A DNA stretch of 64,000 nucleotides. Origin: a virus. Its lineage: Duplodnaviria > Caudoviricetes. A model generated the notes under the pieces. The model did not search any database. It saw only the letters and a list, made by a program, of their open reading frames with translations, and was not told the origin of the DNA. The position numbers were made by a program, and so were the translations under genes. The DNA lies in IMG/VR virus record IMGVR_UViG_3300025018_000091; one strand, written 5' to 3'. Each line of letters opens with the position of its first letter. The stretch's first letter is position 1. Below are positions 28,904-37,560 of the stretch, piece by piece.

Positions 28904-29272
28904 TTTTAGATTTTAAAAAAGATTAACGCATCCATTGGCTGCGCGTTTGCTGCCAGCCCCATTGCTTTACACAATGGCGGAACATTCGTCACCTTACTTT
29001 CATTTCTATTTGGTTTTTCTAACATCAAGTTCTTTTCTCTAATCAGCCATATATAAAATTTGTCAAGTTACATTTGTGGGCGGGTCACGAATGCTTATCA
29101 TATTTTATTCCTTTAGTTGATTAACTGATTTACAGCCACGTCAGTACGTGGTTGGTTGCCAACCTATTACCATCACGCGAATATCCATTGTCACAGACAA
29201 CGATACCGGCAGATCGACGGAATTGAACCGCTGCTTCCTACACGCCGCTTTCGCTGTGTAGTCTAAACCTAT

Positions 29273-29737
29273 TCAGATTGAATTACCACAATTCCAACAG
29301 ACATTCACACCAACATCATTCATCCGAGAACAATGCGGACAAGAAAATTCTTCTCTGATCTTTGCAGCAGGTAGCACGGCTGTTGCTTCTGTTGTTGTAA
29401 TTACTTTCTCTTCATTCAACAGAATTTTTCTTGTGTGTTGTGAACGAATTGACTGCGAAAAAACAGTAACATACATGTACCCACAATAACCATTCATGTT
29501 ATTTGGTATCTCATTGTATGCATCTAGAGCAGCTAGGAACTTATTAGACCTAATGAAATTAGATACTTTATCGAATTCTTTCATTAGTTCTGGTTGGTTT
29601 GGATCACGGGCAAAATTGATTATGTCAGCGATCTCATCCATTGCTGCATACATGGCTGATTTTTCAGAATCAAAGATAAATCGACTTGAATCGAAATCAT
29701 CCTCACAACTAACTTCAAGAATGTACACTTCGCTCAT
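29273..29737 (-). CDS. protein with CW-x-CG Zn-ribbon tail
   Basis: paralog of 26342; ends CPHC..VCWNCG; GAGG RBS. Confidence 0.7.
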   Translation of the reverse strand: MSEVYILEVSCEDDFDSSRFIFDSEKSAMYAAMDEIADIINFARDPNQPELMKEFDKVSNFIRSNKFLAALDAYNEIPNNMNGYCGYMYVTVFSQSIRSQHTRKILLNEEKVITTTEATAVLPAAKIREEFSCPHCSRMNDVGVNVCWNCGNSI

Positions 29738-29892
29738 GTTACCTCTATGACATAAAAGAACTAGCACCTTCTTTTTTGCTTCAGCGGGTAAAGAAGGGCA
29801 TAGAAACCTATAAGTTCTTTTGTGGACAAGTAGGGAATCGAACCTTGTCCAATTTCAAGAAAGTAATCAGCCACTTGCGAATGTGATTCATG

Positions 29893-30147
29893 TCAGTTCA
29901 CATCTCCATTGTCTGGAACTTCATGACCTTCAACATCCAATGTCTGCAATGAATCAATCGCAGACTTGAACATCAATGCAGCTCGAAGCTCAGTGATTGT
30001 ATCAACTGCCAAAACAACAATCACTGAAAGATTCACAATTGCTTTCTCCAATTGTTCTTTGGTTGCCGTTCCCGAACGAACAAGCAGAACCGCATCGCGC
30101 GCAGTTTCCAACGCTTTGTTTGAAGTCATTCCTTTTGAATCAATCAT
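29893..30147 (-). CDS. helical hypothetical protein
   Basis: GGAGG RBS. Confidence 0.7.
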   Translation of the reverse strand: MIDSKGMTSNKALETARDAVLLVRSGTATKEQLEKAIVNLSVIVVLAVDTITELRAALMFKSAIDSLQTLDVEGHEVPDNGDVN

Positions 30148-30168
30148 ATGTATTCCTCCTATGTTGAT

Positions 30169-30267
30169 TGGTGCTGGAGCGGGGATTCGAACCCTGCTAT
30201 TCCCCTATATAAAAAGGGCGTTTTAACCGGCAAACCATCGCGAATGGTTTATGCCAAACTCCCCAGC
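30169..30267 (-). tRNA. tRNA with UAU anticodon (Ile) and a 27-nt hairpin inserted in the D-loop
   Basis: acceptor GCTGGGG/CTCCAGC, A73, CCA, anticodon loop TTTATAT, T-loop TTCGAAT. Confidence 0.6.
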
Positions 30268-30269
30268 AT

Positions 30270-30435
30270 AAATGTGCGAGTTATCCTACCGCACACTGGG
30301 TCGAGTCTTGTCCCAGAGGACTGTATTGGGAATTCACACATGTTATTGTGAACTGCTCCTTTCGGAGTCACATCTGCGGAATAGGTACAGGTCCATGTGT
30401 TACTGCAATACGGGTTCTGCTATTCATCCTGCTAC
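30270..30435 (-). ncRNA. candidate structured RNA between two tRNAs
   Basis: CTCC-GAAA-GGAG, GTGCG..CGCAC and GTCC..GGAC hairpins; no convincing ORF. Confidence 0.35.
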
Positions 30436-30439
30436 TCGG

Positions 30440-30510
30440 TGGGTCCACAGGAAGTCGAATCCTGATTAACGGGTTAAAAGCCCGCTACTCTGCCATTGAG
30501 TTATAGACCC
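30440..30510 (-). tRNA. tRNA-Lys(UUU)
   Basis: canonical cloverleaf, GCGGG-CTTTTAA-CCCGT; no encoded CCA. Confidence 0.85.
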
Positions 30511-30539
30511 GTATGATAGGATACACCCACATCAATGCC

Positions 30540-30715
30540 ATTACGACTCCGTAGTTATATCTAACGCTCGAATGCTTTCGCATTCGATCAGCTTTCGCTG
30601 ACACTATCATTGCGGCTTTACAAGCGGTCTGCCTTTTTTGGGGAAACGACGCCCCTTCAATCATAGGTTATTTGCTTATACCTACTAGCTAAGAGTTACT
30701 TAGCGCGTCATTTTT
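30540..30715 (-). ncRNA. candidate structured RNA with adjacent GAAA tetraloop hairpins
   Basis: TCAGC-GAAA-GCTGA directly followed by TCGAATGC-GAAA-GCATTCGA; further stems. Confidence 0.45.
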
Positions 30716-30722
30716 TGTATTT

Positions 30723-31040
30723 TTATTCATCGGCATCTGATTGATTAAACAAAGAAGAACAATTAAGTAGAATTAGTTGAATTTCACGTTTCAATTCAGG
30801 TGAAGAATATTTTCCTGTTCCTAGGCTTTTGTCAATTTCAATGAATTCTTCCATAGAATATTTTTTTTCCAAAGAAGAGTATTGACACTCACAGTCTTGT
30901 GAAGGAAAATCACATTTACTCATGAAATTATCTTTCATAGACTGAGGATAATGATTATTATTTAATTCAGTATTGTTGCAACCAATGATAAATCCGAGTG
31001 CAAGCGCAGCCGCAATGGTTAGTTTTGTAGTTTTAGTCAT
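30723..31040 (-). CDS. lipoprotein
   Basis: LALGFIIGC lipobox; C..C.C motif. Confidence 0.7.
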   Translation of the reverse strand: MTKTTKLTIAAALALGFIIGCNNTELNNNHYPQSMKDNFMSKCDFPSQDCECQYSSLEKKYSMEEFIEIDKSLGTGKYSSPELKREIQLILLNCSSLFNQSDADE

Positions 31041-31054
31041 TTTATAAACCTTTA

Positions 31055-31306
31055 CTATCTCAACCAGACACATTCGTAATCTGGATTCATGTAGAAATCA
31101 GTGTCCGCACTCGCAAAAATGTTCCCCGTACGCTTGTTGATTCCAATACTGTAAATCCAAACCCCTCGATTCGGATCACAATAATCAAAACCATACCCAC
31201 TCTCAAGATACTTCCCTAGACGATACATCCCAGGATATACCTCTTTCCCAATCTTCGAAACATCAATCGCATCTCCACTATTAATGAGTCGATTCATGTA
31301 ATCCAT
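31055..31306 (-). CDS. hypothetical protein
   Basis: DYCD..RGVWIYSIG..FY.NPDYECVWLR. Confidence 0.7.
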   Translation of the reverse strand: MDYMNRLINSGDAIDVSKIGKEVYPGMYRLGKYLESGYGFDYCDPNRGVWIYSIGINKRTGNIFASADTDFYMNPDYECVWLR

Positions 31307-31307
31307 A

Positions 31308-32219
31308 CTAAACCTCCGTAGGATCGTTTGTTCCACATCTCCAACAAGGTGTTTCACCCATATTCAAACGAGTGCCACAAACCTTGCATTGAGAATCGTT
31401 TGCATTGATAATTACATTCAACAATGCTTTTGTTTCTTCGTGGAAAGCAACAACTTCATCTTTCTCTTCAATCTCCTCTTCATCTTCATCCTCAGACTCA
31501 TCATCCTCAGATACATTCAAAAGATGCTCCTCATCTTTGTGAACGAATACACTCCAATGGGAGTCGAATTGCTCAACAGAATCAATGTTGAATAGGAACC
31601 TACTGATTCCCTTCCCTCTCAATTCTTTGGCAATATCCGCCGGATCATCATGCTGACCAGGATACCAACCAGATGCATACAAATCTTCATTGATTCGAAT
31701 GTATCCATAATTGGAAGGATCAATCTCGTCCATGGTATTCGCAATATTCTCGTTATCTTCTAGCTCCTCAAGATAATTTTCAGGATCCTCCTGAAGACAA
31801 TCAATGCAAGTATATCCACAGCCCTGTTCAGAATAGAAGTAGCTGGGAGTCCAATGATAGGAGTCAGCTTTATGACGGACTAGCTTTCCACAATCAGAAC
31901 ACGAAATCCATTCATCAGACCACTCACACTCAATACCCATCTTCTCAAACAAGTCTGCAATTCTCCTAGGAAGATCCGATACATGTGTGGTTTGTTTTGT
32001 CTGCCAGTCATACGAGTCAATCTTATTCCAGTTACCCGTAGCCACAAGTCCAGAATCGCCAGCATCATAACCAGGCTCAGCATATCTCTCATAGTGAAGC
32101 TGAATCTCTTCGATTCGATTCTCCACATTAGTGCTAATGTTTGAAGCCATGCTTGCAGCAATCTCTAAGATTCGCTCAGCACGCCTTGCTATATTATGTT
32201 GTCTTTCGTCGCTATTCAT
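31308..32219 (-). CDS. acidic protein with internal Zn finger and CW-x-CG Zn-ribbon tail
   Basis: EWSDEWISCSDC; ends CKVCG..GETPCWRCG. Confidence 0.8.
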   Translation of the reverse strand: MNSDERQHNIARRAERILEIAASMASNISTNVENRIEEIQLHYERYAEPGYDAGDSGLVATGNWNKIDSYDWQTKQTTHVSDLPRRIADLFEKMGIECEWSDEWISCSDCGKLVRHKADSYHWTPSYFYSEQGCGYTCIDCLQEDPENYLEELEDNENIANTMDEIDPSNYGYIRINEDLYASGWYPGQHDDPADIAKELRGKGISRFLFNIDSVEQFDSHWSVFVHKDEEHLLNVSEDDESEDEDEEEIEEKDEVVAFHEETKALLNVIINANDSQCKVCGTRLNMGETPCWRCGTNDPTEV

Positions 32220-32229
32220 GCTAACACCC

Positions 32230-32252
32230 TTGCCCCGGTTACTCGATGGGGC
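32230..32252 (-). promoter_or_regulatory. GCCCC-N13-GGGGC element, copy 4
   Basis: TTGCCCCGGTTACTCGATGGGGC. Confidence 0.7.
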
Positions 32253-32560
32253 GACGACTCCATGAATTAATTAACAGTAATGTAACCCCATTTTCGCATA
32301 GTTTGCTTTCGTCTCTTCAACCGTGCTTTTATGCAATTGTTCGATTGCTTCAGGAACCTTAGTCAAAAGGAAAAAAACCTTTCTAGTTCATGCGGCTCAA
32401 AACAATCTCCCAATTGCACCGATGCACGTTCAATGTAATGAGCAATTTCTGCCTCATCTGTGCAAAGACCACAAGTATGTCCCTCTATGGTATAGTTCTT
32501 ATCACATTCACAATCAACACAGATAGGTGCATTCATGATTTTTCTCCTTTAAAAGATTGA

Positions 32561-32758
32561 GAGAGTGTAGCTAGACCTTGCTCACAGCCAAACATAGGAA
32601 TATTAAATTCCTTTGGAATAGCCATTTCCAATCAAACCGCTAAGGAGGAACACACATTATTCGCGGCTATATAGGTATATAGCGTCAAACACTCTCGGAC
32701 GATAAAACAGGAATCGAACCTGTTTTCTATTCCGTTCAGCTTATGCCTCGGAATCGTC
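32561..32758 (-). ncRNA. candidate structured RNA: tRNA-like minihelix followed by a multibranch domain
   Basis: GACGAT/ATCGTC enclosing AAAACAGG-TTCGATT-CCTGTTTT; GAGAGTGT/ACACTCTC enclosing three hairpins. Confidence 0.45.
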
Positions 32759-33117
32759 ATACCAATAGACTATTATCGTACAGTACATTTACTTGGTGCA
32801 TACTGAGGAGTTGAACCTCAACCTGCATAATTCCAATAGCCATGGCTATTTTTGTAGAACCAGGCGCCGCCCACGACGAATGCATATCCACGTTTTTATT
32901 AAGCAAGAAACGTGGAAAACTCCGAGGCAGATCTTTTTGCCCAAAAGATTGGCTCACACAAGAAAAAGGGCTTTCTTGATGTACCTCAAGAAATCGCTAG
33001 AAAGGGCTATAGACTTACACCAAATCTCATTTACTACCCTTTGATTATCCATATGGTGCATCACTGCCGAATAGTAAACCGCTTGGCGCACGCGCCTAGA
33101 TAAAAAAAGTATCTAAG

Positions 33118-33212
33118 CAAGTTAGTGAATCTATGGATCAATACCTGCTTACACAGTAAACATTTCTTAGATTCCCCATAGACATCTCGTAACTGCGATT
33201 TTCACTAACTTA
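33118..33212. ncRNA. candidate structured RNA or nested inverted repeat
   Basis: AAGTTAGTGAA/TTCACTAACTT enclosing TCTATGG/CCATAGA. Confidence 0.35.
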
Positions 33213-33222
33213 CTAGTCTCTA

Positions 33223-33546
33223 CTAGAAATGCCCACAATATCCAAATCCATCGGACTTGTAGGTTTTTTCCTCAATCTTAGGGAAACCATCCTCATACAT
33301 CTCTGTAGCAGATTCCCCAAACACATGCTTCCATATCTCTCCATCCTTCACCCCAAGATAGAAAACATGCGATGCGTTATGCCCAACAACATAGAAGTCA
33401 ATGCCTTGCTGCTGACATGATCGAGGCTCCAAACTCTGAATATACTCCAGATGAAGCTCAATCACAGATGCCAATAGCTCATCACCCTTGGCAAACTTCA
33501 TAGCAAGCTTTTGTCGCTTCTGATAAATATCTTTCGGCTTCGACAT
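33223..33546 (-). CDS. hypothetical protein
   Basis: track ORF. Confidence 0.6.
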   Translation of the reverse strand: MSKPKDIYQKRQKLAMKFAKGDELLASVIELHLEYIQSLEPRSCQQQGIDFYVVGHNASHVFYLGVKDGEIWKHVFGESATEMYEDGFPKIEEKTYKSDGFGYCGHF

Positions 33547-33883
33547 GTGTTCGTGCTTTCTTGATTGGTCGCCGGTTTGGAACCGGTTTGTTACACCAAC
33601 GCTTGAAATCCTTACCCATATGCTTCTTTTTCGCTCGGATAAGAATCATTGCTTCAACCAATGGGAGATCCCCTCGTACTTGATTGCAAGCAAAGTGAGA
33701 AGGAGCTAGATTAGAACTTCCACACCCACCCTTGGAACGTAGAATCAAATGCTCCCTCGTGATCGATTCCATGTTGTCGAATGGTTCCCCGCACAATATA
33801 CACAAGCCATCCCATTTGTATAGTATTGTGCGGTATCCTTCATAAGGATCAAACTCTTTCTGTTGTTTCTCTGCACTACGCAT
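33482..33883 (-). CDS. HNH endonuclease-like protein
   Basis: CILCG..TREHLILRSKGG..NLAPSHFACN. Confidence 0.75.
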   Translation of the reverse strand: MRSAEKQQKEFDPYEGYRTILYKWDGLCILCGEPFDNMESITREHLILRSKGGCGSSNLAPSHFACNQVRGDLPLVEAMILIRAKKKHMGKDFKRWCNKPVPNRRPIKKARTHVEAERYLSEATKACYEVCQG

Positions 33884-34160
33884 GAGCACGTCGATCCTTG
33901 ATCGGATTCTCCGAATCATAAGGATATCCAATCGACTCCAAGTATTCCAAATACTCAGGAGCAGGCTCACCAAGGAAATATGTCGAACCACTCAATGTTT
34001 TGATGATTCGACCATTCACTTCCACAATCGGGCTTGTGATTACTGGACGAGGATCGTCATCACGATACCCCACCAAACAAACCGGATTGATCTCAGGTGC
34101 CAAGAATAGATCGTCTGACCTATATGACACTCCCCACTTCTCCAGCTGATATTCACCCAT
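33876..34160 (-). CDS. hypothetical protein
   Basis: VITSPI..IKTLSGSTYFLG. Confidence 0.7.
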   Translation of the reverse strand: MGEYQLEKWGVSYRSDDLFLAPEINPVCLVGYRDDDPRPVITSPIVEVNGRIIKTLSGSTYFLGEPAPEYLEYLESIGYPYDSENPIKDRRAHA

Positions 34161-34350
34161 GTTCGCACCTCATTGCAATTGCTTCCGCAACGGAAGGCTC
34201 GGGTTCTGTGTGAATTGTTTCGTCGCTCCAAAGGTACATTCCAGTAGTCAACATCAATTGACCCCTTTCATCTACCTCAATTTCGTACTCATTGTAATGA
34301 ATACGAACAAGAAGCTCCCGATCAAAATCGGATATGTTCTCGATCTTCAT
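34153..34350 (-). CDS. hypothetical protein
   Basis: 3' part of track ORF. Confidence 0.55.
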   Translation of the reverse strand: MKIENISDFDRELLVRIHYNEYEIEVDERGQLMLTTGMYLWSDETIHTEPEPSVAEAIAMRCEHG

Positions 34351-34534
34351 CTTGTTCCTCGGGATGCATGTAGAAGTAATCATCCGTGGCATCTACCCTC
34401 GAACGAAACTCCTCATAAATCCCCGCTTGAATCAGTTGAACACGCAAAAGTTCCCATGCCTTACCAGATATCCCATATCCTTCAGGATCCATTAGCAAGG
34501 CTTCTGTCAACTCCCTCAACTCATTCTTGTTCAT
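34322..34534 (-). CDS. hypothetical protein
   Basis: track ORF, ATGA overlap. Confidence 0.65.
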   Translation of the reverse strand: MNKNELRELTEALLMDPEGYGISGKAWELLRVQLIQAGIYEEFRSRVDATDDYFYMHPEEQDEDREHIRF

Positions 34535-34719
34535 TTGCGAACGTACCTTTCCAGATGACCAATCAAAACATCATCCTCCATGTAAAAAAGGTCATCCTCT
34601 ACCGGAAGTGCATTCTCCAATAATTGACCAAGACGAAGATTCGGCTTGCTCAACCACGCTACCATTATCCGCTGAATAATGGCTTTCTTATCTTCAGCCG
34701 TTTCCGCGCGTCCCTTCAT
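34531..34719 (-). CDS. small conserved phage-type protein (PxLRLGQL)
   Basis: AWLSKPNLRLGQLL..DLFYMEDD. Confidence 0.65.
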   Translation of the reverse strand: MKGRAETAEDKKAIIQRIMVAWLSKPNLRLGQLLENALPVEDDLFYMEDDVLIGHLERYVRK

Positions 34720-34951
34720 TTCAATCCTCCCGCGATTAACGCGCTGCGTAATTACTTCTTGGAGAATAGAGCTAGATATGTCCAACCAACCGAACCTCCA
34801 AAATTCAGGAAGAACGTAACCGCTCCAAACATTACTCGGTCAGGATCATACAACATCATGTATATGCTGCTAAATACAGCCAAATAACATATTGCCGCAA
34901 ATATGCTATATAATATCCTCATTCATTCCTCCAATCATTTTAGATTGTACT

Positions 34952-35026
34952 TGGGCGCACCGATACGATTCGAACGTATCAACTTCCCCAAAACAATTAG
35001 GGGCTTTACCATTAAGCTAGGCGCGC
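34952..35026 (-). tRNA. tRNA-like family copy C (aberrant anticodon loop)
   Basis: GCGCGCC/GGTGCGC; nearly identical to copy A. Confidence 0.55.
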
Positions 35027-35088
35027 TTGGTCCTGAAAGTAACAGGTCCCTTATCTAACTTTCTTGTTCGTCCAGATATGCTTTTGAA

Positions 35089-35496
35089 TCAGGCGAATCG
35101 ACCGTGAGAATCACGCGTCTGACGAGACGCACGTAGACTCAATGCCTGCTTCGTATTGCCAGAAGTCTTCTGTGCCTTCTTGGTCGAAACCTTTCGCGCC
35201 ACCTTCTTGGTCGAAACCTTCCGAGTCACCTTCTTGGGCGCCTGTACCTTGACGTACTTGGGCAGAAGGATCATTTCGACAATCTGCTTGCCGAAATTCA
35301 CCACCTTAGCTTTGGACTTCCCACTCGCATACAACCTGACACTGATACTCGGAGAATCATCTGTGTCAAAGTTGACATCGACTTCCCCTGCATACCGAGA
35401 CCAAACCTTTGCCGACACAACCTTGGAATCCAAGACATGCTGCGTATGCTTGTATCCACAGTCGGATTCTGCCACAACCGTATTCCACTTTGTCAT
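35089..35496 (-). CDS. paralog of 35544..35792 with a histone-H1-like Lys-rich tail
   Basis: shared SDCGYK..DTDDSPSIS..LYASGK; KKVTRKVSTKKVARKVSTKK repeats. Confidence 0.8.
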   Translation of the reverse strand: MTKWNTVVAESDCGYKHTQHVLDSKVVSAKVWSRYAGEVDVNFDTDDSPSISVRLYASGKSKAKVVNFGKQIVEMILLPKYVKVQAPKKVTRKVSTKKVARKVSTKKAQKTSGNTKQALSLRASRQTRDSHGRFA

Positions 35497-35543
35497 GTTT
35501 TCTCTCCTGCTAAAACCTTAGTTATTGGACCTTCAGACCCGAT

Positions 35544-35792
35544 TCACAGATACTTGGGCGCGAAATGTCGCTCGACAATCTCCTTGCCCATTTCCACCAT
35601 CTCTTCCTTGGTCTTCCCACTCGCATACAGCTTTCCACTGATGCTCGGAGAATCATCCGTGTCGAAAGAGAAGTGAACCTCTCCACTGTAATCAGACCAA
35701 ACCTTGGCGGAAACCTTGTCTCCTTCCAAGACATGCTGATCAACCTTGTATCCACAATCACTTCTACCTTCAACCAAATTCCAGCTTGCCAT
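35544..35792 (-). CDS. hypothetical protein, tandem paralog
   Basis: GGAGG RBS; similar to 35089..35496. Confidence 0.8.
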   Translation of the reverse strand: MASWNLVEGRSDCGYKVDQHVLEGDKVSAKVWSDYSGEVHFSFDTDDSPSISGKLYASGKTKEEMVEMGKEIVERHFAPKYL

Positions 35793-35850
35793 GTGTGTAC
35801 CTCCTAGTTATGAATTCTCAAGTTTACACATTACACTCATCCATCATGGA

Positions 35851-36387
35851 TTATTCGTAATGCGGTCGCGGCGTTCGTTCGCCCGGATGTTCCTCAACTA
35901 CAATCATGATATCTATACCACCAAGCACAGAATAGATGTTTCCTTCTCGTCGCTCACCATAGATCGATTCCAAATGAGCCTTGAACGTTTCCACCTGTGA
36001 TTGATCAACCGCTTCCAAGTGGTATCCCCACTTGCACAACTCGTACTTCTCTCCAGTCTCATGGTAAACTACACCCTCACGAGCACAAGAACAATTATGA
36101 CAATAGTCCTTATGCCCCTCAACCGAAATTGCCTTGACCGGAATGGATGCAATCGGCTCGTGATGATTGAACCACCAACCACCCTCCTCCGGTCCACCAT
36201 AATGACGAGTCACCTCATAAGCATTCACATACAACAATGCCTCAGAACCAGGCTTCACGTAATCATCTGGTGGACATTCACATTCACCATCCTCATCAGG
36301 AATTGCTCCACAACAAGAACAACCATGATAGTATGATGCCAATCCTTGATCCAAATCGCCCTGTTCGTCGTAACATTGATTACACAT
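35851..36387 (-). CDS. hypothetical protein with Cys clusters
   Basis: YVNAYEVTRHYGGPEEGGWWF. Confidence 0.75.
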   Translation of the reverse strand: MCNQCYDEQGDLDQGLASYYHGCSCCGAIPDEDGECECPPDDYVKPGSEALLYVNAYEVTRHYGGPEEGGWWFNHHEPIASIPVKAISVEGHKDYCHNCSCAREGVVYHETGEKYELCKWGYHLEAVDQSQVETFKAHLESIYGERREGNIYSVLGGIDIMIVVEEHPGERTPRPHYE

Positions 36388-36428
36388 GATTGACTCTCCA
36401 ATCCGTTATCGTTGCTGTACCTACTACC

Positions 36429-36451
36429 TTGCCCCCCTCACTCGATGGGGC
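36429..36451 (-). promoter_or_regulatory. GCCCC-N13-GGGGC element, copy 5
   Basis: TTGCCCCCCTCACTCGATGGGGC. Confidence 0.7.
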
Positions 36452-36456
36452 ACGGC

Positions 36457-36762
36457 TCAGTAGCCCTGACTCCATGACTTTCCAGCTTCCAGCCATACAC
36501 TCATAACCGCTTCCTTTGCTTCCTTCAGTGCAAGACCAGTAAGCTCACGCACAGCCTTAATCTGCGCAATCTTATCATTAGGATTGTTCAAACATACAAC
36601 CATTAAAGCCCTGACTTCAGGCAATGCAATCAGCTTTGACACATTGGCTTTGACTTCAAGAGCTTCCTCAGCTACGTTCAACTCCGAACGCAAACGCCCT
36701 TTGTCCATCGACAACGCTTCAATTCTATCAAGCAGTTTCTCAACAACGTCTTCTTCGTACAT
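36457..36762 (-). CDS. coiled coil fused to ribosomal bL12 (L7/L12) C-terminal-like domain
   Basis: DKIAQIKAVRELTGLALKEAKEAV. Confidence 0.75.
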   Translation of the reverse strand: MYEEDVVEKLLDRIEALSMDKGRLRSELNVAEEALEVKANVSKLIALPEVRALMVVCLNNPNDKIAQIKAVRELTGLALKEAKEAVMSVWLEAGKSWSQGY

Positions 36763-36766
36763 GTGT

Positions 36767-37147
36767 TTATCCCTCGAAAAGTTTGATTTCTCGTACTTCG
36801 AACTTGTAAGTCCTATCGTGGTTTGACCATTCGCTTGCGGCTTGTTTGGCTTGATGTACCGAATCGTATACAGCCAGACCATTACCTTGGTATTTTGACG
36901 CAACTCGAATAACTAAACCATCCTTTGGATCAATCACAAGTACACCATACACCGGATCCTTTCCCATATGGAAGATTTGCTTATTGGTACTTGTCTGAAT
37001 AGGTGCATCTTCATCTCTCAGATTCTGACGAATCGACTTACGATACGATTCATCATCCTCCGGCAAACCAAGACCTTGATACCGAGAAATACCTTGCGAT
37101 TCCCCATACTTATCAAGTTCCTTACCTGTCAATGAATTGAGATCCAT
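36767..37147 (-). CDS. hypothetical protein
   Basis: track ORF. Confidence 0.6.
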   Translation of the reverse strand: MDLNSLTGKELDKYGESQGISRYQGLGLPEDDESYRKSIRQNLRDEDAPIQTSTNKQIFHMGKDPVYGVLVIDPKDGLVIRVASKYQGNGLAVYDSVHQAKQAASEWSNHDRTYKFEVREIKLFEG

Positions 37148-37158
37148 GTGTTTGTCCT

Positions 37159-37446
37159 TTAGCCAGTATACATGATTGAAGCATCACTCATCGCTTGCGC
37201 AAATGAGTATGGTTTCCATGCAGATGATTCTGACCACATTCGTCGATAGGACCATTCTCCATCAGATGTGACTCGATAGATCGTATCGAAGAACTTTTCG
37301 AAATTGTCCGAAATGGTAACGGAACCATCATCCTGCTCTTCAATGAAAAGCAAGTCATCCACGAATGACTTATCATCAGGTTCATTCCAAACTTGACGCG
37401 CATTCTTTTTGACCGCTTCCGAAAACTCTTGTACTTGCTTGTTCAT
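37159..37446 (-). CDS. hypothetical protein
   Basis: GGAG before MNKQVQ. Confidence 0.65.
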   Translation of the reverse strand: MNKQVQEFSEAVKKNARQVWNEPDDKSFVDDLLFIEEQDDGSVTISDNFEKFFDTIYRVTSDGEWSYRRMWSESSAWKPYSFAQAMSDASIMYTG

Positions 37447-37560
37447 TGGTTTTTCTCCCAATTTCAGAAACTTGCTCACGAGCACGCCGCTGCAATGCTT
37501 CATGAACTTCTTGCCATGAACCATGTTTTAAGACATACTCATATTCCATGCCGCCTCCTA

